Origin: Bacillota bacterium
Lineage (GTDB): Bacteria > Bacillota > Dethiobacteria > DTU022 > PWGO01
Length of the DNA: 64,000 bases
Direction: 5' to 3'
NCBI GenBank assembly: GCA_012518215.1
Contig: JAAYSV010000024.1
Location: forward strand, 2,340 to 66,339
Shown here: positions 51,851 to 62,175 of the stretch, piece after piece
Numbering within the stretch: position 1 is the stretch's first letter
Layout of the letters: the number at the start of each line of letters is the position of its first letter
The notes under the pieces: generated by a model
Told to the model about the DNA's origin: nothing
The model's database searches: none
Seen by the model: the letters and a program-made list of their open reading frames with translations, nothing else
Translations under genes and position numbers: made by a program

Positions 51851-54130
51851 GTGACAGATGCTGGAATATTTTATGAAAGGTGGATAAAAATGGCCACTTG
51901 CCCCGAATGCAACAAACAACTTGCTGAAGATGCCAGATTCTGTGGCAGTTGCGGAGCTGAAATTAAAAAAACAATCGTCTGCCGCAGTTGCGGTGCGAAA
52001 GTTGAGGCGGAGTTCTTTTTCTGCCAGAATTGCGGAGCCTCGACACAGGCGGAAAGCAAACCCGCAAAACCTGAAAAAGCTGAACAACCTGAAATTCCCG
52101 GACAATCTGAAATTCCCGGACAACCTGAAATATCCGAAAGCCAAGCCAGGCCCGAAAGTCCCGCCAGATCTGAAAGTCCTGCCGGATCCGAAAGTCCCGC
52201 CAGATCCGAAAGCCAAGCTATACCTGGCAGCCCCGCCGGGTCTGGAAAAAAGACCCTTTCCAGGTGGCTCCTCTGGGGAGGAATTGCCCTCGTTGCCCTG
52301 TCTGCAGTCGCCTATATCCTGATCTCGATCATGGGCGATGGTCTTATCACTTCCGTATCATCAGGGAAAAAAGAAAAGATTACTTCCAATTACGCCCTCT
52401 ATATCAAGGACGATGAAATCTACTATACAGAAGTGCCCGGAATCGAGCCACGGCAAATTACCACCAATTTTTTTCCTGACAATTTATCTGAATATCTTGG
52501 TAACGATTACATTCTTGGCAACTACTGTACCGTCAGCAGGGATGGCAAAAAACTGTTTTTCCCCGATAAAAATGATGGCCTTCCCGATTACGGCCTTCCT
52601 CTCTACTACTGCTACCTTGACAAGCCGGATCAGGATACAGTGAAAATCGATTCCGAAGTTTACTTCTACACGATCAATGACGCCGGGGATATCGTTACTT
52701 ACCTGAAAAGCGAGGAGGGTGTTCTTTATCAATACCATCTGAAAGAGAATAAAAACAGGAAGATCGGTAACAACATATCCTATTTTCATGTTTCGGATGA
52801 TGGTAAAAAGATCGCATACATGAGCAATGACAGCATATACCTTGAAAGCGATGGCGAGGACAGAAAAAAAATCACGGCAGATGCAAGAGTTCAGGGCGAG
52901 GGTTCAGGCCTGGAAGCTTTCAATTTTTATGTTACAGACGATTTCGAAACCGTTTATTATATCAAGGACGATTCCCTCTACAGGGATATTGCAGGAAAAG
53001 GTCGGGAGAAAATTGCTTCCGATGTCCATTCGATAATCAGATTTTACGACACCGAGGAGATATATTATTTGAAAAATGCAGCCCCGATAGACCTGATGGA
53101 TTTTGTTCACGATGATATGAAAGCCTCCGACGACAACCTGATAGATCTTGAATCGTTCTGGTGGGACGACGATGACGATGCTTACTATCAGAAGCTTGAA
53201 CGTGATGAACTGCGGGAAGAATTGGCCACATATTCATCGGAAATATCAATCCATCCCCTTTGCTATTATGATGGTTCCGAGGAGAAAGTCATCACGGATT
53301 CCTTCTTCTTTCGCTCGTACTATAGATTGGATGCCACTTACCTTTCTACTTTTACTGTTTCCGATGATCGCCCCATAATTGCCTTCAGAACCTATGACCA
53401 ATCGACATTCACCAGGGTAAAACTATCCGAAATCGTCACCCGTTATGATGTAAATGAGCTGATCGAGGAGTCGTTCTATTCGTCATCCGACCAGTTGGTT
53501 GCCATCGGGGGAACAACAACCGTGATCGAACAGAATTCGGCGCAGGATTTCCACATCGACGGGAATGGCAAAACAATAATGTTCATAGATAATATGCCAG
53601 AACATGATTACCACGGGGATCTGTACAAAATGTCCATCTCCGGCAACACGGTGCAGGCCCCCGAATTGTATGATAGCGATGTTAGTAGCCATTGGGGATA
53701 TTTCACGGAAACAGGCAAATTCATCTACTTCAAAAACGTCAAGACCCCGTATGGTTGCGATCTTTATATTGACCAGGAAAAAATAGATCATGACGTGGAT
53801 TGCACTAATACCAGATACATCGAAGATTCCGACGAAATGATATATATCACCGATTGGGATCAGGTGTCCGAAGAAACGGGCAGGGGGACCCTGAAAATAT
53901 ACAAACAAGGCAAAACCGAAAGAATTGCCGATGATGTTTATGCCTTCGATCTGACACCGAAGAGGGAACTGTTGTATCTGAAAGATTACAGCCCCACTGG
54001 CTACAAGGGAGATCTTTATCTGTACAAAAACGGGAAAAACGAGAAAATTGATTATGACGTCGGCTCCATAATACCGATCAACCATGATAAAAGTAAAACG
54101 AGCATATGGTTATCAAACGGTTATATGTAA
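51851..54130 (+). CDS. double zinc-ribbon membrane protein with ESPA-type low-complexity linker and large extracytoplasmic beta-propeller-like (DUF5050-like) domain
   Basis: Two CxxC-x(10-14)-CxxC ribbons (CPEC..CGSC; CRSC..CQNC), repeated SESPARSESPAG segment, one TM helix (LLWGGIALVALSAVAYILISI), then ~600 aa with recurring YY..D/..DG..IY motifs. Confidence 0.55.
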   Translation: MTDAGIFYERWIKMATCPECNKQLAEDARFCGSCGAEIKKTIVCRSCGAKVEAEFFFCQNCGASTQAESKPAKPEKAEQPEIPGQSEIPGQPEISESQARPESPARSESPAGSESPARSESQAIPGSPAGSGKKTLSRWLLWGGIALVALSAVAYILISIMGDGLITSVSSGKKEKITSNYALYIKDDEIYYTEVPGIEPRQITTNFFPDNLSEYLGNDYILGNYCTVSRDGKKLFFPDKNDGLPDYGLPLYYCYLDKPDQDTVKIDSEVYFYTINDAGDIVTYLKSEEGVLYQYHLKENKNRKIGNNISYFHVSDDGKKIAYMSNDSIYLESDGEDRKKITADARVQGEGSGLEAFNFYVTDDFETVYYIKDDSLYRDIAGKGREKIASDVHSIIRFYDTEEIYYLKNAAPIDLMDFVHDDMKASDDNLIDLESFWWDDDDDAYYQKLERDELREELATYSSEISIHPLCYYDGSEEKVITDSFFFRSYYRLDATYLSTFTVSDDRPIIAFRTYDQSTFTRVKLSEIVTRYDVNELIEESFYSSSDQLVAIGGTTTVIEQNSAQDFHIDGNGKTIMFIDNMPEHDYHGDLYKMSISGNTVQAPELYDSDVSSHWGYFTETGKFIYFKNVKTPYGCDLYIDQEKIDHDVDCTNTRYIEDSDEMIYITDWDQVSEETGRGTLKIYKQGKTERIADDVYAFDLTPKRELLYLKDYSPTGYKGDLYLYKNGKNEKIDYDVGSIIPINHDKSKTSIWLSNGYM

Positions 54131-54236
54131 TAAACAAAGCGGCCTCTCGAACAGACCGCCGGGAGTTGCAATCCGCCTGCCCGGCCGATGGTTCTTCGTC
54201 CCCGGACACATTGAAATGAGGATGGGCATGCTCTTT

Positions 54237-54998
54237 TCAATCCCCGGCCAGCTCTTCGGCCAGGTCATGCAACGCCTTGCCGCATTTTTCGCGGATGACA
54301 ACTGCAGCAAAACGGTCATATTCCGTGGGTGTCAGGTTGATGATGATCAGCTGTTTCGCCAACCGGGGCAAAGACGCCACCGGGTAAACCACGAGGCTGC
54401 TGCCAGCCACCAACATCAGATCACAATCCTGGCGCAATACTTTCTCCGCTTCAAAGAACAGCGGCGGCATGGGATCGCCAAAGAGGACCACATCCGGACG
54501 CAGAACACCGGAACATTCATGGCAAACAGGTGGTATCCGCTTCAATTCTACCTGGTGAACCATTTCCTCGAAAGGATATTTCTTTTTGCAGTCCTGGCAG
54601 AAACCGGTGCGCAGGTGGCCGTGTACTTCCCAGACATTGCGTGAACCGGCCTTCACATGCAGACCATCGATATTTTGTGTCACCAGCCCCTTGAGAAAGC
54701 CCATCTCCTCCATCCTGGCCAGAGCATGATGTCCCTGATTCGGTTCGGCCATGGTGATACTGGCAAAACGTGTGAAACCCACCTCGTAAAAGAGCCGCGG
54801 GTCATTTTGCAGAACATCCACCGTGGAAGTCTTGATCGGGTCAACCTTCTCCCAGATCCCCTTGCCCGGTGTCCGGAAATCGGGGATACCGCTCTCCGTG
54901 GAGAGCCCCGCCCCGGTCAAACCGAAAAAACCATCAATACTTCTGATCAAGGATGCAGCGCGCGCAATCTGTTTCCGATAATCCATATCCATCTTCAC
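54237..54998 (-). CDS. cobB: NAD-dependent protein deacylase, Sir2 family
   Basis: GAGLSTESGIPDFR, QNIDGLH and CxxC...CxxC zinc-binding module (CQDCKKKY...CHEC). Confidence 0.8.
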   Translation of the reverse strand: MKMDMDYRKQIARAASLIRSIDGFFGLTGAGLSTESGIPDFRTPGKGIWEKVDPIKTSTVDVLQNDPRLFYEVGFTRFASITMAEPNQGHHALARMEEMGFLKGLVTQNIDGLHVKAGSRNVWEVHGHLRTGFCQDCKKKYPFEEMVHQVELKRIPPVCHECSGVLRPDVVLFGDPMPPLFFEAEKVLRQDCDLMLVAGSSLVVYPVASLPRLAKQLIIINLTPTEYDRFAAVVIREKCGKALHDLAEELAGD

Positions 54999-55256
54999 CC
55001 TTTCCCCTGTTTCCTTACATCTTTCTACTAGCCCTTCGCCCTCATCCCTTTTGATTCCAGAAAATATGCACTTATCTATCTATTCTATACTTCCCGGTCC
55101 AATCCTGTTTTTGGAATGGCGGGACCGGACACCGATGAAAATGGTGCATCATTGTTGCGAAGCAAGGACACACATTGCCGGATCGGGAACGATGGCAACA
55201 ATCGATGAGCAGCAATCCATTCCTGGCTGGAGGGGGAATGCCCTGCCCCCGTTTTC

Positions 55257-55916
55257 TCACTGTTCTTTTTTCACCACCCTGATGATTCCATGAAGGAGAA
55301 GCAGCCAGACCAGCAGGATCTCCAGGTAGAGACTCACCATGCCGATGCGGTAACAGGCAGTTGTGTCCGTCACCTTGCCAAGAAGAAGAAACATGAAACC
55401 CAGCAACACGGTAACGAATTGCAGACGGGCGATCGTCGTCGGCCTGAAATTGGCCGCACCCATGAAGATGGTCAAAGCCTTGTTTTCGGTATTTTCAAGA
55501 CGCGAGGCGCGGATGCGGTCCGTGGCGAAAACCCCGATCTGCGGCACAACCATCAGCATGATCACCACCGAAGGCAGCAGGCCAGTGGTGAGCAGAAGAA
55601 TTCCGGCCCAGGCCCCGAGGAACCAGTCCGCTATCTGATCCAGATAAGCCCCCCCGCGTGAAGAAAGGCCTCGCAGCCGTGCCAGCGGGCCATCGATCAG
55701 ATCTGTCAGTGCCGCCGCGCTCAAGATATAGATCTGCAACGTCAATGAAAGATGGAACATGTAAATGATAATGGCCGAAGCAACCAGGACCAGACGCAAG
55801 CCGGTGATATGATTCGGGTTGATCCAGGGGGGAATCAGCAGATCGAAGAGGGGTTTCAACATTCTGTCACGGATCTTCTCCTCGGCATCCGTTAACCGCT
55901 CCACAGGGTTTGTCAC
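55257..55916 (-). CDS. CDP-alcohol phosphatidyltransferase family protein
   Basis: D-x2-DG-x2-AR...G...D-x3-D signature (DLIDGPLARLRGLSSRGGAYLDQIADW) and multiple TM helices. Confidence 0.75.
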   Translation of the reverse strand: MTNPVERLTDAEEKIRDRMLKPLFDLLIPPWINPNHITGLRLVLVASAIIIYMFHLSLTLQIYILSAAALTDLIDGPLARLRGLSSRGGAYLDQIADWFLGAWAGILLLTTGLLPSVVIMLMVVPQIGVFATDRIRASRLENTENKALTIFMGAANFRPTTIARLQFVTVLLGFMFLLLGKVTDTTACYRIGMVSLYLEILLVWLLLLHGIIRVVKKEQ

Positions 55917-56116
55917 AAAAACAGAACCTTCTTTCCGCCGTTAAACCGGCAATTGATGCTGACAGGATTGCCGGGCCGACAGGTCCACCAATTAATTGAT
56001 ATTCTTGATCATTGCTCCTGATGACCCTTCGTTGCAGAAGAAGCCCATAACGCGCCAACATATCGATGCGGGGGGAAACAGGAACCGGTTCATGCCAATA
56101 GCAAGTGGGTAAGACC

Positions 56117-56210
56117 GGGGGATTCTTCGGTCGCCTGCGGCTCCCTCTCAATTTTCACGCGTTGACCACACCACGATAAACGGAAATTATTTCTTCCGGG
56201 TGCATATTTA
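56117..56210. repeat. interspersed repeat family, copy C
   Basis: GGGGGATTCTTCGGTCGCCTGCGGCTCCCTCTCAATTTTCACGCGTTGACCACACCACGATAAACGGAAATTATTTCTTCCGGGTGCATATTTA; similarity to copy A continues ~40 bp further (TGCCGGAGTTCATTTACTTCCACAACAATGAC). Confidence 0.65.
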
Positions 56211-56423
56211 TGCCGGAGTTCATTTACTTCCACAACAATGACAGGTAGTATTTTTTCTTTCTCCGGCAGCTTTTCTTTCTCCGGCAGCGTGGGGTTTTCA
56301 CGTTGTCATTCGGGGCAAGCGGTGTTTTGTGGGAACACTCCCCTGCAAATACAACAAAAACAATCACTTGAATCTGTAAATAGAGGGTAAAAATATACTT
56401 TTGTCTAATAAATCAGTGGAAGA

Positions 56424-58163
56424 ATGCAAGCAGCCTGCAGGCGGGGCAAGGGCGATGATGCGGAAGCCCCCACCCGTTACCGGCAACAACTTCCCTTTCC
56501 AGAAAGTAAACCAACTGTATCATCTACCATCACGAAGGAGGCCGCACCGGTGCCCATGGAAATCGAGATAAACACACAATTTGCGGAAGCTCTGCGAATG
56601 ATGGAGGAAACCGATAAAAATATCTTTATCACCGGGCGGGCAGGCACCGGAAAATCGACTCTCCTGGCCTACTTCCGTTCCATCACACACAAAAAAATAG
56701 TGGTCCTGGCCCCCACCGGAGTGGCAGCGGTAAACATAGCCGGCCAGACCATTCATTCCTTCTTCGGTTTCAGGCCCGATATAACCGTGGAAAAAGTCAA
56801 GGATGGCGCCGGGAAAAAATCATCTTCGATCTTCAAAAATCTGGATGCCATAGTTATCGATGAGATCTCCATGGTGCGTTCGGACCTCCTGGATTGCGTG
56901 GACCAGTTCCTGCGGATCCACGGCAAAAATAGGGGGGCACCCTGCGGCGGCATACAGATGATTTTTGTCGGTGATCTTTACCAGATCCCGCCGGTTGTTA
57001 CCGGACAGGAGAAACAGATTTTCAGGGATTACTACGAAAGCGAATACTTTTTTGATGCCAGAGCTTTCCATGAGATGGATTTCGCGCTGCTGGAACTGGA
57101 AAAGATCTACCGTCAGACCGACCCCTCCTTCATCGAATTCCTGAACCGAATCCGCAATAAAACGATCACCGCGGATGATCTGCAGGAAATCAACAGAAAG
57201 ACCTTTGACGACAACCGTATGCTGCCCGAAGGCGTTATATACCTGACGACCACCAATGCCATGGCTGAAAAGAGAAACGAAACCGAGCTGAATCGCCTGC
57301 AAGGCAGGGCCCACATTTTCCCGGCAAAGATCGCCGGCGAGGTGGAGGAAAAATATTATCCCGCCGCCGATGTTCTTCAATTAAAAAAGGGAGCTCAGGT
57401 GATGCTGCTGAACAATGACAGCAAGGGGCGCTGGATCAACGGAACCATCGGCACGATTACCGGGATAAAGAGGGATGCCCTGGAGGTCAGGCTCCTCGAT
57501 GGCAGCAACCATACAGTGGAGCCCTACACGTGGGGCATTACCCGTTATTACTGGGACAGGAAGAGAAGAACCGTGGCTTCGGAAACACTGGGAACCTTCA
57601 CACAATATCCCATGAGGCTTGCCTGGGCGATAACTATCCACAAGAGCCAGGGCAAAACATTTGACCACATCGCCATCGACCTGGGCAAGGGTACATTTGC
57701 ACCCGGGCAGCTTTATGTGGCTCTCTCCCGCTGCCGGAGTCTTGACGGGATATACCTGAAGAGAAAGATCAAGGAAACAGATGTCTGGATCGACTGGAAA
57801 GTCATAAAATTCATCACCAATCTACAGTACCGGAAATCGGAAAAAGAGATACCCATCGACGAAAAAGTCCGACTGATCGAGCAGGCGATAGAGAACGAAT
57901 CTTCCCTGGAAATATCCTACCTCAAGTCCGAAGACGAAAAATCACAGCGCACCATCACCCCCAGTTTTGTGGGTGATATGGAATACATGGGGAAGTCATT
58001 TCTGGGCATGAGGGGGTACTGTCACATGAGAAAAGCCCAGCGCACTTTTCGCGTGGACCGCATCCTGAAAATAAACGATATCGTCCCGCCCCGATCTTCC
58101 GGTCAACAATTGTCCGGGAACAATAATGGGCAGAAAAAGCATCACGCATGGCCGGAAAAATGA
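56424..58163 (+). CDS. PIF1/RecD-family SF1 helicase fused to C-terminal WYL domain
   Basis: Walker A ITGRAGTGKST, Walker B VIDEISMV, UvrD_C_2-like TIHKSQGKTFDHIAIDL; C-terminal ISYLKSED...GYCHMRKAQRTFRVDRI matches the WYL-domain pattern; likely start at the internal Met (MEIEINTQ, ~56553). Confidence 0.7.
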   Translation: MQAACRRGKGDDAEAPTRYRQQLPFPESKPTVSSTITKEAAPVPMEIEINTQFAEALRMMEETDKNIFITGRAGTGKSTLLAYFRSITHKKIVVLAPTGVAAVNIAGQTIHSFFGFRPDITVEKVKDGAGKKSSSIFKNLDAIVIDEISMVRSDLLDCVDQFLRIHGKNRGAPCGGIQMIFVGDLYQIPPVVTGQEKQIFRDYYESEYFFDARAFHEMDFALLELEKIYRQTDPSFIEFLNRIRNKTITADDLQEINRKTFDDNRMLPEGVIYLTTTNAMAEKRNETELNRLQGRAHIFPAKIAGEVEEKYYPAADVLQLKKGAQVMLLNNDSKGRWINGTIGTITGIKRDALEVRLLDGSNHTVEPYTWGITRYYWDRKRRTVASETLGTFTQYPMRLAWAITIHKSQGKTFDHIAIDLGKGTFAPGQLYVALSRCRSLDGIYLKRKIKETDVWIDWKVIKFITNLQYRKSEKEIPIDEKVRLIEQAIENESSLEISYLKSEDEKSQRTITPSFVGDMEYMGKSFLGMRGYCHMRKAQRTFRVDRILKINDIVPPRSSGQQLSGNNNGQKKHHAWPEK

Positions 58164-58368
58164 AAAAAGCCCTGCACCGCATTACCGCCACCCGGGGTAA
58201 CAGCCCGTCGTTACAGACCATCCCGGAAGCTGAAAAGAAGATCATACGCAAGCTGTCGGCGACATGGGAATAAAACCTGCATTCTTTCATTTCTATTCCA
58301 ATCAAAAATAAGGCGCTGGAACTTTTTTTGATCCCAATCGCGAAATCTTTTTTCTTAACAATCTCAAA

Positions 58369-59907
58369 TTAATCATTTTCTAAAGATTTATTTAAAGCAT
58401 CTTCCACGTTATTTCTTTTCCCTTTAGGGTCAGGCTTGACAGTGAGCGCAGGAATGTCTTTCCCCCGATACTCCACATCAAGTATCCCTAGCTGGTACCT
58501 GATCGTATCTCTCATTTTTCGCGCCCTATCAAGGCAATAGCGCTTAAATTCACGGGCGGTTATGTCGTCCGCGCTACGAACCTGCGGGAATAATAATTTC
58601 AGATAAGCCGTAGCAATTCGCTTAACCGCTTCAGTATCACGGGTATCCGCCGCTTCAGGAACTTCAATAAGATCATCCACTACGGCACGGTAGCTCATAT
58701 CATCACGCAATTCATGCATAATTGAACAAAAATATTCAGAATTTAACGCCCACCCCGCAATTTTAAGGTCATCGTTCATTCGGGGAATGTTCCATCCTTT
58801 GATAAAACCGTGAAACCGTTCAATCAAAGCCGATTCGTGGAATACAGGTGGCAATTCCTCAAACATATTGCCATAACCATCCTCGTCCATCGTTTCCTTT
58901 TTAATATTGCCACAGAGGACAACTCCCGCATCAGCGGTTCCCTCATAGTTACCAACAGTAAAGACTCCTGATTCAAGATAGCCTTTTAAAGCAGCCCGCA
59001 TTTCGTCCACATTCGTGAATGAAATGGTCTGCACTTCATCAAGCACTATAAAATCGTTTCCGGAAACCAAACCCTCGGTACGCTTGTTCTGGTCATAAAA
59101 CATTTTTGCACGGCTTAAAATACCACCGCTTGAAAGCCATCCGAAGCGGCTAACACGACCAAAAAGATATGATTTACCGGTTCCTTTGGGTGCAAGTTCA
59201 ATGAGATTCAGTCTTTTTTCTACAAATGGTAGCAAGCGGGTTAACATCGTAAGTTTCTTTTCTTCGTCACCCAGGTAACCACTTGCGTTATAGTCCACCG
59301 CTCCAAGCAGGACATCCAACCATTCTGCCGTAGTGAACTGGCATCGTACTTCCTTATAATAGTCTATATCAATGGTGTAGGGACAAAAAGTTTTAAAGGC
59401 CGTTAGCTTTATTTTACCTCTGTTCGCTCCCCTTGATTTATCTTTGTAATATCCTGTATCGTAGTCATCAGGAGGGCGATAGCCGATTTCGACCATTCCC
59501 CAAGTCTCGCACCCGTGCACCAAATCATCCTTACATGTTTGCCACACGTGGTCCTCTATGATGGTGTCCTTGCTCGTCAGCCCAAAATCAGGCAACGCAA
59601 ACGATATCCCACCTGTCCTTATATCTATATCAACCGACACTTTGGCAAGGAATTTCACTCGCTCATGTTCGATTACGACCTGATTTTTAATCGCTGTCCA
59701 ATCATCCTTACGCGGTAGGTAAATCCGTACAAAATCAAGCAATTCGTCTTGGTTAAAATTACCGTTTTCATCTTCGAATTTCTTTAAGAGCCAGTCGCGC
59801 ATGAATGAAGGCAGGCTTAGAGCGGAGAAAAAGTTACTCTTCTTAAGATCTTTATATACGACCATCTCGTCAAAACAATTTCTGAGTTTTTCAATCATCA
59901 TTCGCAC
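58369..59907 (-). CDS. brxL: BrxL-like Lon-related AAA+ ATPase (BREX component), shorter than typical BrxL
   Basis: N-terminal region (FDEMVVYKDL..LPSFMRDWLL) resembling the BrxL N-domain, Walker A LAPKGTGKSYLF, Walker B DFIVLDEV; immediately downstream of pglZ with 3-bp spacing; no recognizable Lon protease Ser-Lys domain. Confidence 0.55.
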   Translation of the reverse strand: MRMMIEKLRNCFDEMVVYKDLKKSNFFSALSLPSFMRDWLLKKFEDENGNFNQDELLDFVRIYLPRKDDWTAIKNQVVIEHERVKFLAKVSVDIDIRTGGISFALPDFGLTSKDTIIEDHVWQTCKDDLVHGCETWGMVEIGYRPPDDYDTGYYKDKSRGANRGKIKLTAFKTFCPYTIDIDYYKEVRCQFTTAEWLDVLLGAVDYNASGYLGDEEKKLTMLTRLLPFVEKRLNLIELAPKGTGKSYLFGRVSRFGWLSSGGILSRAKMFYDQNKRTEGLVSGNDFIVLDEVQTISFTNVDEMRAALKGYLESGVFTVGNYEGTADAGVVLCGNIKKETMDEDGYGNMFEELPPVFHESALIERFHGFIKGWNIPRMNDDLKIAGWALNSEYFCSIMHELRDDMSYRAVVDDLIEVPEAADTRDTEAVKRIATAYLKLLFPQVRSADDITAREFKRYCLDRARKMRDTIRYQLGILDVEYRGKDIPALTVKPDPKGKRNNVEDALNKSLEND

Positions 59908-59910
59908 CTC

Positions 59911-62175
59911 CTAAAACAAGTCATCAAAATCGTCGTTAATCCTACCACTCTTACCTTGTGCAATAATAGTAATTTTTCCAACTAAATTATCGCCAATATA
60001 AACATCGGCAGGATAGTTGCCCGCCCGCTTTAAATCAGGTATCTTTACCGTATAGTGGTTTGTATCTGTTTGTGTAGCCAAATATTGTTTCCCATTCAAG
60101 ATAATAGAAACATCCTCAACAAATGAGTTAAAGAATAATTTGATCTCAGCGCCGGTGCGGAAATCCACGGTCACAAAATCATCAACAAGTTTGACCGTTA
60201 TGTCGCTGTTTTTTAAAGATAATTCAATAACCGGAACAACAACTTCTTCTAATGATGCACCACCATGAACTTCGACGTTCGCCGCACGGCCACCTTTGAA
60301 TCTTCCATAGTCTGCAAGCACAAGATATCCATTTTCCTCTGCCGCGAATGGAAGATCATAGGGGTGAAACAACTTACAGCAACGGCCCGAACGTTCGCCA
60401 GTAGTTCCAGTATCATATTTTTCCTCTTTGCGCCGTAAAACAGCAAGCCGTGAAGCACCGTGGTCACTAACAATTAGGAAGCGTTTATAATGCCGTAGCG
60501 CTAATTCAGTAGCCGCCTTATTAATCATTTCAGCAATTATATCCAATTCTTTGGCAAGGTGGATAGGCAATTCATTATTAATAAAATTATAACCGCCCTT
60601 GTCATTATGCTTAGTATGATCTAATTCATCGTTTTTCTCTTTGTGACCCTCCCAATCAATAAAGAAGTCTTTGTTGAAATCCGTTATAGTTGGTAGTTCA
60701 GCTCGAACAATATTTACTTTAATCGACAAACCAAGCTTTTCAACTAAAGCTTCGATTAAGCCTAAGTATTCAACACCAAACGCATCAAGCCAATAAAGAA
60801 AAGTATCGCTCCTGTCTACATCATCCAAAATCACATTCCGTGTAGGCAACTGATTAAACTTCCGTGAATGGGCAAGTTCGTCAACCTTGGCCAAAAACTC
60901 CGACTCAAGTACATTGAATAGCTTCTGTCTTTTGTAAGCCTCAAAATAATTGGTTAGCAATTCCGCAAGTTCAGGACATTTGAAAACATACTTCTTCATG
61001 TAATCCGCCAATAAGGGATAAATGTCCTTGATTTCTGGTTCTGGTACCAAGCGATATTTTGAAAGCCAAGCGATAATTTCTTCACGCTCAACCCTTGTGC
61101 CGTCCGTTAATTTATAGATGCTTTCTGACGGGATTCGCCGATTATTTACCACAAAATTAGCGATTTCTGGCTCGGGAAATTTTTCGATCAGCACTTTACG
61201 CTCCTGATAGAAAGTAGAAAAGTTTTCATCCGTATGGGGTATTTCAATTATTGCATCGAGAACATTACATGCAAAGTCATCAAAATGGTTCGTTTTGTTT
61301 AACACAAAGCGAAGGTATTTATTATGCACAAATTCAGCTTTACTTTTCAGAAAAACAAAATAGAGCCAGTTACGGTATTCTCCTCCTGAAATCTGGCCAT
61401 AGAAGCTAGAATCTAAGGTATCCCTAAAATCATATTTTTCAAAAACCTTATCGAGTGATCCATTACTTTGGTTAAGTTCTGTTAGCAAATTTGCCCATTG
61501 CACATCATTCCCGCAGGAACATGGTAAAGCAAAATTCTTGGAAAAATATTTAATTCCTTCGTATGCGTTATTAATGTGATATAGCGTGAATAATGACTTT
61601 TCAAGATTAACGAATGTACTTGCTACTATATTGCCACATTTTCCAGCCTCAAGCTCTTTAAGCAACGCTTTAAAACCCACCAAAGCCGGCAATCCAATAG
61701 ATGGTGCAACAAGAGTAACCGTTAAATCGCACTCCGCCCGTTCTACAACACTGTACATACGGCCGTCAAAGCGCAAGTCAGCACGCAATTTGTCAATCTG
61801 CGTGGCAAGCCCCCGAAGAAGTAACACGACTTTTGCAGCACCTAAATTATAGTTTTTGAGGCGTAAAAGAATTTTATTTGCTTCGTCGTTTCCGCAAAGT
61901 GCAAGATATTCACCTAGCCCCGTTACTACAAGCCCTTTTCCCTTTGCACTTGCATCCGACATCTTGATATGGGTCAATAGCTTATCGATATCAGGCTTTT
62001 TGTCTTCGCTATTGCAGAAACTGCTTGTTTGTACTATTGCAAGCCCCAAAGCTGCTAATTCATCCATTGCTTTTTTATACTGCCCGTCGTTAATAAATAG
62101 GAAATATGGTGTTTTGTCAGAAGATGCGAGGTATTGCTTTACTAAGTCAATTCGCATTCTATTGCCTGCCCCCAT
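59911..62175 (-). CDS. pglZ: BREX alkaline-phosphatase-superfamily protein PglZ (BrxZ)
   Basis: PglZ-domain signatures FLIVSDHGASR and EVHGGASLEEVVVPVIEL in the C-terminal half; 754 aa; start overlaps upstream gene by 17 bp. Confidence 0.7.
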   Translation of the reverse strand: MGAGNRMRIDLVKQYLASSDKTPYFLFINDGQYKKAMDELAALGLAIVQTSSFCNSEDKKPDIDKLLTHIKMSDASAKGKGLVVTGLGEYLALCGNDEANKILLRLKNYNLGAAKVVLLLRGLATQIDKLRADLRFDGRMYSVVERAECDLTVTLVAPSIGLPALVGFKALLKELEAGKCGNIVASTFVNLEKSLFTLYHINNAYEGIKYFSKNFALPCSCGNDVQWANLLTELNQSNGSLDKVFEKYDFRDTLDSSFYGQISGGEYRNWLYFVFLKSKAEFVHNKYLRFVLNKTNHFDDFACNVLDAIIEIPHTDENFSTFYQERKVLIEKFPEPEIANFVVNNRRIPSESIYKLTDGTRVEREEIIAWLSKYRLVPEPEIKDIYPLLADYMKKYVFKCPELAELLTNYFEAYKRQKLFNVLESEFLAKVDELAHSRKFNQLPTRNVILDDVDRSDTFLYWLDAFGVEYLGLIEALVEKLGLSIKVNIVRAELPTITDFNKDFFIDWEGHKEKNDELDHTKHNDKGGYNFINNELPIHLAKELDIIAEMINKAATELALRHYKRFLIVSDHGASRLAVLRRKEEKYDTGTTGERSGRCCKLFHPYDLPFAAEENGYLVLADYGRFKGGRAANVEVHGGASLEEVVVPVIELSLKNSDITVKLVDDFVTVDFRTGAEIKLFFNSFVEDVSIILNGKQYLATQTDTNHYTVKIPDLKRAGNYPADVYIGDNLVGKITIIAQGKSGRINDDFDDLF

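Noticed and set aside
51836-52216. 126-aa minus-strand ORF with GTFG/SGGTF repeats
   Set aside because: Antisense translation of the SESPA coding repeat in the 759-aa zinc-ribbon protein; an artefact of the nucleotide tandem repeat.
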